A stretch of 64,000 nt of DNA from Octopus sinensis. Taxonomy: Eukaryota. Below the pieces are notes generated by a model that saw nothing but the letters and a program-made list of their open reading frames with translations, did no database searches and was not told the origin of the DNA. Positions within the stretch are counted from its first letter, which is position 1; each line of letters opens with the position of its first letter. Of this stretch, positions 52,674-64,000 are shown one piece after another. The position numbers and the translations under genes are program-made. The stretch spans positions 92,194,001 through 92,258,000 of the forward strand of contig NC_043002.1 of the NCBI RefSeq assembly GCF_006345805.1, given 5' to 3'.

Positions 52674-53670
52674 CGTAAAAAAGACTACATCATTGTACAC
52701 GATCTACCATCATTTTAGATATTAAACAGATAAAGTTTGCAACAATCGACCTGGACACAGGCCAGCTTTTGTTGTACTAGTATAAATTCTACATTCGAAT
52801 TTATAAAGGAATTAAAACGTGTGGCCTACAACAGGCATTTTTCAAACGAAGATAGAAAATCAAAAATATATGCTATGGGAAAAACTAAATTAATTTATCG
52901 TTCAACTTAGACATTAAAATAATCTGAGATTTCTATCGACAGAGTCGTGCTAGGGAGAGTAATTACAAAATGCAGTAATATTTGTTGCCACTTTTACGTG
53001 GATGTTCCATGCAAGACAAATGTTTCTACTTAACCCCAGGAAAACATCTTTTCCAGCTGGTTAACGACACACACTACCTGTGTGTGGAGACACATGGCCT
53101 AGTGGTTAGAGCAGCGCACTCGCGGTCAAGGGATCGCGGGTTCAAATCTCAGATCGGGTGATGTGTGTGTTTATGAGCGAAATACCTAAGCTCCACGCGG
53201 CTCCGGCAGAAGGTAATGGTGAACTTCTGCTGACTTTTTCGCCACAACTTTCTCTCACTCTTTCCTCCTCCATCTTGCAGCTAACCGGCGTCCCGTCCAG
53301 GTGGGGAACCTATACGCCAAGGAAACCGGGAAACCGGCCCTTATGAGCCAGGCGTGGCTCGAGAAGAAACAAACAAAAACAAAAACACTACCTGTGTCTG
53401 TTAGAATTAAAAAGCCATCTAATACGTAGCAGACTTACCATCAGTTAAAGATCGACTTCGCCTTTCATACTTTCGGAGTCGATAAAATAACTACCAGTTG
53501 CGTACTGGGGTTGATGTAATTGACTTACTCCCTCCTCTGTAATTGCTCACCTTGTGCCAAACTTTGAAACCAACATTACAATTTAGATGTCATCGTCGTT
53601 GTCGTTGTTGATATCGTTGGTGTTATTGCGTTGTTGCTGTTGTTATTGTCATTCAGCCTAGATCTTAACT

Positions 53671-54050
53671 GGAGGCGCAATGGCCCAGTGGTTAGGGCAG
53701 CGGACTCGCGGTCGTAGGATCGCGGTTTCGATTCCCAGACCGGGCGTTGTGAGTGTTTATTGAGCGAAAACACCTAAAGCTCCACGCAGCTCCGGCAGGG
53801 GATGGTGGTGATCCCTGCTGTACTCTTTCACCACAATTTCTCTCACTCTTACTTCCTGTTTGTGTACTGTATGATTTCAAAGGGCCGGCCTTGTCACTCT
53901 CTGTGTCACGCTGAATATCCCCGAGAACTACGTTAAGGGTACACGTGTCTGTGGAGTGCTCAGCCACTTACACATTAATTTCACGAGCAGGCTGTTCCGT
54001 TGATCGGATCAACCGGGACCCTCGTCGTCGTAACCGACAGAGTGCTTCCA
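53671..54050 (+). mobile_element. Young SINE-C3 with TSD AGATCTTAACT(GGA)
   Basis: TSD at 53660-53673 and 54051-54064. Confidence 0.9.
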
Positions 54051-54356
54051 AGATCTTAACTGGAACAGCTCAACAATCAAAGACCTCCGAATCAGGACAA
54101 CGCTGTGTTTTTAGAGATGTCCATAATTTGCGTTATCCCTATTTCAGATGTTAAGATCGTAGGATGTAGCGCTGGATTAACCATTAAGCCAAATATGTAC
54201 GTACTGGGAGTATCAAAAAAAGAGAAGCACCACAGCTATTGTAAATGGTTTAAGGCACAAAAGAAATCATTTTAAACTTGTTAAAATAACCTTCAAGTGG
54301 TTTATTTGATCGAAAAAAAATTTATTGTTTATTATTGTTTATATTTTGAATTACAT

Positions 54357-54720
54357 ATATGTCCCACTGCGTGGCATCTTGGGCAAGTGTCTTCTGCTAT
54401 AGCCCCGGGCCGACCAATGCCTTGTGAGTGGATTTGGTAGACGGAAACTGAAAGAAGCCTGTCGTATATATGTATATATATATATATATATATATAAGTG
54501 TGTGTGTATATGTTTGCGTGTCTGTGTTTGTCCCCCTAGCATTGCTTGACAACCGATGCTGGTGTGTTTGCGTCCCCGTCACTTGGCGGTTCGGCAAAAG
54601 AGACCGATAGAATAAGTACTGGGCTTACAAAGAATAAGTCCCGGGGTCGATTTGCTCGACTAAAGGCGGTGCTCCAGCATGGCCGCAGTCAAATGACTGA
54701 AACAAGTAAAAGAGTAAAGA
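54357..54720 (+). mobile_element. SINE-B, 5'-truncated
   Basis: Consensus match, CpG intact. Confidence 0.85.
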
Positions 54721-54878
54721 GTATATGGGGAAGCCAAAATCTTTTAACTACTTTGGGCCTTTATGGGTCTTAATTTGGCCCTGGTATGATGTGAATTATA
54801 TAGTGCACTCTACGAGAGATTTGGAAATTCAATATTTCTTATTTTGATAATCAGTGAATAGACTTCACTGAGTTTACA

Positions 54879-55028
54879 TATATACAGATACGAAGTCCAG
54901 ACAAATATCACCAGCCGACCGGTGTCTGCTACTCTAGGCCGATGAAGGACAATGATCCTGAAACACGGTGTCCCTAGATGCGGTTCCGGCGGTTGGGGGT
55001 GTTTGTCTCCCCTTCGTATATGTATATA
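54879..55028 (+). ncRNA. Type I hammerhead motif (54933-54978, U4C variant) capping a ~150-nt rod-like hairpin
   Basis: TCTAGG-CCGATGA-AGGA-CAATGA-TCCT-GAA-ACA-CGG-TGT-C-CCTAGA; stem I extends by ~55 mostly paired positions. Confidence 0.7.
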
Positions 55029-55609
55029 AGGACATAGGGAAAAAATCTGTCGAAGCTGTCAGGAGGCGTTCGATGCCTTCTAGGGCTATACAACGGTGGT
55101 GTACCCCCTACTGTCACGTTCTTGTTAGATTGACAGTATACAACCATTCTATTTAACTGTCGTTTTTAGCAAATGGAACAACTAAACTATGTAGAAGTTT
55201 TAGTGTTGGTTCGGTATACATGAGTGAAATGTGTTGGTGGTTTCTTTTGAAGGTCAACGAGGAAGAGAAGAAAGATGGATGTTTTAGACACAGAAGATAA
55301 TTAAGTGGAGAAGGGCTTTGAAAAAGGCGCCATCGAAGTAGGCAGGCAGTGAAAAATTTCTGGTGAATAAAATGTTGGTCATAACTAGTTTTTAACTTCA
55401 ATACTTATATGAAATGTCAGTGTCTACCTCCAGCAATGTAATACAACACCGACTTCCTAGTTTGATGTATTGGTGCTGGTGGTTGGTACTGGAGATATTT
55501 AGAGAGGGGGGAGAGAGAAGAGGGAGTGAGTGAGTGAGTGAGTGAGTGAGTGAGTGAGTGAGAGGGAGAGCGAGTGGGAGATAGGGCATTACTCTTCAGA
55601 GTGTTAGGT

Positions 55610-56054
55610 TAGTAGAGCAACCTTTGGATCAACAGTACATTACGTATAGTATTACACACTATTACACACACACACAAACACTCGTATACACATACATACA
55701 CACACGCATACATATATACACACGCATATATACACACGTGTGTATACATATATACACACGCATACATATATACATACACACACGCATACATACACACACA
55801 CAAAATACATATACACACGCACATACATGCACACATACACGAAATACATATACACATGCATACATACATAACTACTTACACGCATACATACGTACAAACA
55901 TGTACGCATACATATACACACTCATGCATACACACATACACACATACATATTCACATACACGCATACATATACACATATATAGATACATACATACACGCA
56001 TACATATACACACACACTTACGTACATACATACATACATACATACATACATACA

Positions 56055-56086
<32 letters not shown>

Positions 56087-56766
56087 CATATACATACATA
56101 TATACATACATATATACATACATATACACACACATACATGCACACATACAGGCATACGTATGCACACACATACATACATACACATACACGCACACATATT
56201 TACACACATACTCGCATACATATACACATGCATACATACAAATACATATATATATACACATATATACATGCATATAAACATACACACACATACATACACA
56301 CAGAGGTACATACATTCGTATGTACATAAATACATACATGCATACGTATACGTACGTCCATCAATACATACGCACATGTATACACACTCAGACACACACA
56401 CAAACATATAAACAATACATACACACATACGAAGTGAAAGAGAATGATGCGTCGTTGTTGTTGCTGCTGCTGCTATTGTTGTTGTTGCTGTTGTTGTTAT
56501 TGTCGTCGTTGTTGTTGTTGTTGTTGTTGATGTTGATGTTGATGATGTTGGTGCTGTTTAACCAAAGGTTGGCCTTAATTGAGCTGACATATGATCAAAG
56601 GCGTTTAAACTGTAACCATCTCGTGTTCGGGGATGTACAAGCAATGTACACGGAACCACATCTTAAACGTTCTTTCCTTTTCAAGGGTGTGAATTGAGAG
56701 ATATTTGACTCCTATTTCTAGCAGATCGTGTAACCGTTTACACACTCCTGAGTGTATATGGATGTA

Positions 56767-56804
<38 letters not shown>

Positions 56805-56887
56805 TATAATATATATATATTATATATTATATATATATTATATATATATATATTTAATAAATAGTAAATAATATATATATATATTAT

Positions 56888-56934
<47 letters not shown>

Positions 56935-56943
56935 TATATATAT

Positions 56944-56970
<27 letters not shown>
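55610..56970. repeat. (CA/TA/CATA)n field, (GTT)n tract and (TA)n tract
   Basis: Direct inspection. Confidence 0.9.
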
Positions 56971-56973
<3 letters not shown>

Positions 56974-56975
<2 letters not shown>

Positions 56976-57220
56976 TCTCCCAAAGAGTCTGAGGAACTTG
57001 CACAAAGTAGATGTAGCAGTTTTTAAATCAAAGCTGGACATCTTCCTGTCAAGAGTCCCAGATGAACCTACCTCACGGCAAGAGGTGCAAATGAGAGTAG
57101 CTGTATCAAACTCCATTCTTCACCAAGTGCCACATATTAGACGAGGTTCGTCGTAATAACAGTGTAGCACAAAACGGCGGTGCATCAGCATGGCCGCAGC
57201 TCAGAGCTGAAACTAGAAAA
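56974..57220 (+). mobile_element. 5'-truncated CR1-group LINE 3' end between (TA)n tracts
   Basis: 56974-57156 ILPKSLRNLHKVDVAVFKSKLDIFLSRVPDEPTSRQEVQMRVAVSNSILHQVPHIRRGSS*; short UTR ending CTGAAACTAGAAAA. Confidence 0.8.
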
Positions 57221-57959
57221 ATATATATATATATATATACATGGATATATGGCTACACGACGTCACCAAGGATTCAAGTAACATCAAATACGTAAACAAC
57301 GAGATAAAAAAGGAAAACTGGACAAGTAAACACAGACGAAGGATTCTTCATCAGTTGTCGGCTGTCTATCTACTCCGCATTTCGAGCATTCAACGACAAT
57401 ATGAGCCTAAAAAGACAGTTGCTCCCATAAATTCTAAAATAAATAGGATTTATGGAGGGTCAAAGTTGAGAACAAAAACATGACAGTGGAGACATATAAG
57501 AAAACAGAAAGAAAACAAACATGGAGGGTCGTTAGACGAAGACAAGAGGAAAATAGTGACGCTGGGAGAAACATAAAAGAGAGAGAAAAGAAACGTCCTT
57601 GCAGGAAAAGAAAGATGGTCCGCGAGGAAAGAAAGATGGACGAAGGTCACGTAGTTGTGGGTGGGCCTCCTTAGACCCCGGGCAACCGATATTTTTAGAC
57701 CCATTTGCCACCATATATATATATATGTACTTACAGAGATACCCGGCGTTATTCAGGATTAAAATGGCATAGTTTTTTATTGTTTTGATTCTTTCGGTCA
57801 TGTGACTAAGGCAATGCTGAAGTACCACCTTTAGTCGAAGAAATCGGACCGAGGATTTATTCTTTGTAAGCTTAGTGCCTGTTCTATTGGAGTGTTTTGC
57901 CAAATGGCTAAGTTACGGGGATCTAAACACAGCAGCATTGGTTGTCAAGCGATGATGGG

Positions 57960-58960
<1,001 letters not shown>

Positions 58961-59544
58961 TTAGACAATAGTTTCAGTATTGACATTGAAATTATTAATA
59001 CTGAAAGTATCTCACATTACACTAGAGATGTTATTGTTTCACTTTTGACACGTAATACTGAAATACTCTAAGAAATAGGAGATTGCTGCCGGCTCGCATT
59101 AATCAGGAAGTTTTGACTCATAACACTGCAGGGGTTCTATTGAAGGCATGTGTAAAAATTTGAATGATATCGGTTGGATAGTTCTCGAGTTTTAGTGATG
59201 TACACGCACATATATAAAGACAGACGCACATTCTCAGTTTTATATATATTGATATATATATTATATATTATTTACTATTTACTATTTATATGAACGCCGG
59301 CTAATTTACAGTTTCCCTTTTTTAAAAACCTGAAATTGGTTGCAACTCGCATCAGGCCACAGTCGATGAAATGGTTATGCGGTAAATAGGGTTTCATTGG
59401 ATCCGATCGAACCAAGGTAACTACATTTCTATTGGATTTTTCCAATTTCTGAACTTTCGGTTTGACGCAATTTGTAATTGAAGTGACATACCAGAGTTTG
59501 AACTCAGAATGCACAGAACCTGTACAGATACTTCAAGGTAACCT

Positions 59545-59958
59545 TGCGGCGAGCTGGCAGAAACATTAGTTTGCCGGGTGAAATGCGTAGCCATATTTCG
59601 TCTGTCGTTACGTTGTGAGTTCAAATTCCGCCGAGGTCGACTTTGCCTTTCATCCTTACAGAGTCGATAAATTAAGTACCAGTTATGCACTGGGGTCGAT
59701 ATAATCGACTAAATCCGTTTGTCTGTCCTTGTTTGTCCTCTCTGTGTTTAGCCCCTTGTGAGTAGTAAAGAAATAGGTATTTCGTCTGTCGTTACGTTCG
59801 GAGTTCAAATTCCGCCGAGGTCGACTTTGCCTTTCATCCTTTCGGGGTCGATAAATAAAGTACCAGTTACGCACTGGGGTCGATGTAATCGACTTAATCC
59901 GTTTGTCTGTCCTTGTTTGTCCCCTCTATGTTTAGCCCCTTGTGAGCAGTAAAGAAGT
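59545..59958 (+). mobile_element. SINE-A dimer
   Basis: Junction AAAGAAATA|GGTATTTCGTCTG at ~59775. Confidence 0.85.
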
Positions 59959-61164
59959 ATATTTATTTATTATTTCCACCAACCTCGTAAGGTCGCGGGT
60001 TTAACGACCGGGTAGAGTTTCTCACATTAACAGAATTGTCAGGAATTTTCATCCCCGGAAATCCACTGTTTCTATTTATCACCTGCTGTCTTTTTTTGTT
60101 TTGTTTTTATGCTTTTAGCATGGAACAGTTCCTATGTTACAGGCGTGTTTTTTCTTAAATTCTAACCGGGAAAGAATGAATGAATGAATGAATGAATGAA
60201 TGAATGTATAAATAAATAACTAAATATATAAATATATGATTCGGTGTTTTATTTTTCTCCCTCAGGCAGAAGAATCAGAACATTAGTTCCTCCGCCCAGA
60301 ATTTAGTTCTTCTAAATCAATGTCCCATTAAATACAAGATTTAATTAAAACGCTCCAAAGTTGAAGCAATAAATTTAGTTTAGTTTAGTTTTCAATATCA
60401 AGAATATTTTAATAATCAATCTCAGTGTAAAATCTTCAGCGGTCTGCGATAAAGATATTCGTCTTCAACATGTACAAATAGGTGACATTCTGTCGTAATT
60501 TTTTTGGTATCTTTTCTGTATTTGATATTACTCGAATAGAGTCTGTGGGGGGAGGGGAAAGGCGGTTTGTTTTTGAATTGATGTTTTTTATTTATTTTTA
60601 TTTATTTATTTATTTATTAGTAATGTAATTTCAGTGGAAAGAAGGGAAATGACAAGCTGCTAGTGAGTGAAAAGGGACTATTCGACAGTAACATCCAGCG
60701 GAGATTGTATTAATCTTTATTTGAATCTGCGCGAAAAAATAAAATATTCAAACAAGATGGCAGAAAATGGCAGATTTAAGATTATAAAAACAAGAATAAA
60801 AAGAAAAGAAAGGAAGGAAGAAAGAACGAAATTATGAAATCTCTAGAACGACAGAGCAAAGCAGTTAATTATAAGAGACAAGAGGCCAGTATATGGAATA
60901 AGAACAACAACAACAAAACACACAGCAACGCACAGTGAGCAAGCAGCAGTATAGGGAAGGGAGGTTATTCGTGGAGGGCTAGTGCGCCAATATGCACTGG
61001 TTTACGAAGTCATTGCAAAGTCATCAAAAGAGAAATAGTGAGAGGATATATGGAAAGGTCGTGATTACTGTTTAGCCAACCCACCATGACTGTGGTCATA
61101 GGAATTGCTTGGAGTAAACCTCCTTGAAATCATTGCCCTTATTTCATTTCATTTGTTATCAGCT

Positions 61165-61335
61165 AGGCGCAGGAGTGGCTGTGTGGTAAGTAGCTTGTTT
61201 ACCAACCACATGGTTCCGGGTTCAGTCCCACTGCGTGCGTGGCACCTTGGGCAAGTGTCTTCTGCTATAGCCTCGGGCCGACCAAAGCCTTGTGAGTGGA
61301 TTTGGTAGACGGAAACTGAAAAGAAGCCTGTCGTA

Positions 61336-61379
<44 letters not shown>

Positions 61380-61973
61380 CTCGTGTATCTTTGTGTGTCT
61401 GTGTTTGTCCCCCTAGCATTGCTTGACAACCGATGCTGGTGTGTTTACGTCCCCGTTACTTAGCGGTTCGGCAAAAGAAGCGATAGAATAAGTACTGGGC
61501 TTACAAAGAATAAGTCCCTGGGTCGAGTTGCTCGATTAAAGGCGGTGCTCCAGCATGGCCGCAGTCAAATGACTGAAACAAGTAAAAGAGTAAAAGAGTA
61601 AACAGCTAAGTTACTTGCCACAGTTGATGTCACTGGCAAGTCGCTAGAAAAATGTTAGTTATATATGTATTATCGTTTTATTATTGTATTTGTTTCAGTA
61701 ATTTGACTACATTCATGTTGGAGTACCGTCTTAAAGGGACTTTTGTCGAAGAAATCGACCCCAGGACTTATTCTTTGTAAGTCTAGTACATATTCTAGCG
61801 GATTCTTTTGGCGAACCGCTACCTTACGGGGACATAAACATACCAACGCCGGTTATCAAGTAATGGTGGGGGGACATTCACACACACACACACACACACA
61901 CACATACATACATACATACATACATACATACATACATACATACAGACATACATACATACATACATACATACAT

Positions 61974-62013
<40 letters not shown>

Positions 62014-62165
62014 GACGGGCATTTTTCAGTTTCTGTCTACCAAATCCACTCACAAAGCATTGGTCGGCCCGAGGTTGTAGTGGAAGACACTTGTCTAAGG
62101 TGGCATGCACTGGGAGTGAACCTGGAACCATGAGGTTGTGAAGCAAGCTTCTTACCACACACCCA
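61165..62165. mobile_element. Inverted SINE-B pair (61165-61600 +, 61690-62165 -)
   Basis: Consensus matches. Confidence 0.8.
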
Positions 62166-62726
62166 CGACTACACCGATATTTATAGTTATTATTTTTTTT
62201 TTATTGTTGATAGATTGCATTGTGTATTTTAAACTCTCCTGTTTCCAGGTTTCGAAACTTCAGTATTTACAAAGCAGACACAAAAACGAAATAGTCAAGT
62301 GTATTTCAAAACCGCACACGCCTCATCCAAAAAAGCGGGTGACCAGTTTGGGGATGCAGTCCTAGATTTATATCTTCTTAGAAAACGATAAGTTCTTTAC
62401 AGTTTTAACCTCGGTGAACTCGATCGGAAATGGATTATGTTCAAATAACAACTCAGCCTAAAGGAATTTTTTTCAGTGATTTTTTTTTGTCAAGCTTTCA
62501 ACTGAGAATGGTTTTTAATTATAATCTCAAAGTGATTTTATAAATACTCGTATTGTATATTGTTGTTCAACCCCAGGTCAGCTCTAATCAAGATCGTTCC
62601 CGTTCTAACCATCTATTTCTTTCTCTTTGTCTTCGACAACATTATTTGGCGCATATTTTCTTTAAGGCTATATGTGTGCTTGGAGAACGATTTCGTTACT
62701 ATTTTTAGCAGGTCTAGTATCGACAT

Positions 62727-63187
62727 TCTTCAAACCGGCATACATCCCACGGGTGTGTATGCCGGTTTGAAGAATGTCGATTGCTAGGGGTACTAGGTCT
62801 GTGGGTAGACCGCTCTTATATTACAAGGATGTTTGCAAAAGGGACATGAAGGTCTGCAACATCAATATTAGCGGTTGGGAGGCAGTTGCCGGCAACCGTG
62901 GAGACTGGCGACGTACCGTAAGAGAGGGAATACAAAGGAGTGACAGAGAGAGAGAGAGAGGAGAAATGGAAAGACAAGAAAAGACGTCAACAAGAAACTA
63001 TGGCATTACATCCAGCCAGGAACGGTCTTCGCTACATTTGCGGTACCTGCCAGAGGGAGTGTTTGTCCAGGATAGGACTATACAGCCACAGCAGGAAATG
63101 TATCAGGACATGAAATGTAAAAGCCGGACTAGACTACTTTATGCGCAACTCCATTGTCTCCCGAGACAAAAAGGATGCCAACCAACC
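62727..63187 (+). mobile_element. 5'-truncated RTE (BovB-like) LINE with 11-bp TSD AGTATCGACAT
   Basis: ARGTRSVGRPLLYYKDVCKRDMK...WRRTVREG (frameshift) ...YICGTCQRECLSRIGLYSHSRKC*; 3' CCATTGTCTCCCGAGAC...GATGCC(AACC)n; TSD at 62716-62726 and 63188-63198. Confidence 0.88.
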
Positions 63188-63574
63188 AGTATCGACATAG
63201 AATATGCTTCTATAAATCATACACGTAGATAAAGTAGTTTCAGAAATGTATTTCGAAATATCGAAAAAATATCGAAAAAAAACCTCTAACCTGTACCTTT
63301 ACAAAGAAATTATTATCAAAGCAGAAACAACGCTGCAATTATTTCACCTGAAATTTCACTGCACGTTTCATTCTTTCGGAAAATTGCTCTAAATGAAAGG
63401 ATTTTCGCCATTTCTTAAGCTGGACAGAAAGTTGCATTTTTGAAGGTAATGAACATTAAGTGAAATGGACATTAAATTTTTTTACTCTTTAATGTTATTT
63501 TTTTTTCTTTGGAGATTACTTTATCTATAATGGTTACACTCGTACTGGTTTTACCCTTTTAAAACCAGTTTTAA

Positions 63575-64000
63575 CCATATTAAACAGTGCATGTTGTATG
63601 AACTCTTCAGCAATGGAAGAGGTACATTCTGTCTATGGCAATGAAGTTTTAAGTGTCTGGACATTCCAACGATGAGCTGGCCGATTTCGCTCGGGAAATT
63701 TTCTCTAGCAGATTGCCCTTGATCCGTACGATCAAATTCTGTCATTACTGAAATTTTGAAAATCGTATTTGAAGAAAATCGAAAGCAAATTTTACGAGAG
63801 TAAGCAAAACGGTGCAATTCAAGTCATAATTTGATCATAAGACACTTTCATGAACTAGGAAAGGTGTTTAAATTTGGTCAGTTGGCCCCTTATCATTTCA
63901 CCGCTTCTCAGTTTAATCAAAAAGACTGCTCGCCGTTGAAGAGTAGACTTATTACAGAAACTTTCAAGGGTAGAATCGTCACAAGTGAGGAAAAGTAGCT
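63575..64000 (+). pseudogene. Second, strongly decayed mariner transposase (N-terminal part, runs off the window)
   Basis: HIKQCMLYE...SVYGNEVLSVWTFQR*AGRFRSGNF...IIRHFHELGKVFKFGQLAPY...RIVTSEEK*, collinear with the 21-22 kb transposase. Confidence 0.7.

Overview
Eukaryotic, AT-rich, repeat-saturated non-coding DNA. The SINE repertoire and microsatellite load look like a coleoid cephalopod (Octopus) genome; this is inferred, not searched. No intact protein-coding gene can be supported: essentially all ORFs in the track are translations of microsatellites or SINEs. Recognisable content: dozens of tRNA-headed SINEs from at least 5 families (descriptive labels SINE-A/B/C etc., not matched to named families); 5'-truncated LINE relics of the CR1, RTE and L1/Tx1 groups; two decayed mariner transposases plus a mariner MITE; GGATC-ended, hAT, Helitron and Helentron-type non-autonomous elements; very long simple repeats; and a 100-N scaffold gap (20132-20231). 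The strongest unexpected signals are: (1) four hammerhead-ribozyme motifs, one capping a ~150-nt rod-like hairpin with strand-specific G-U pairs (54879-55028) and one with a fully canonical core (50717-50799); (2) two SINE/LINE 3'-tail partnerships visible within the window, one with a compensatory stem-loop change and one involving an L1/Tx1-type LINE; (3) SINE-A dimers with an identical junction at four loci; (4) a ~15-kb CpG-depleted domain built on an ancient ~41-nt minisatellite. Many repeat boundaries are approximate (about +/-20 nt).
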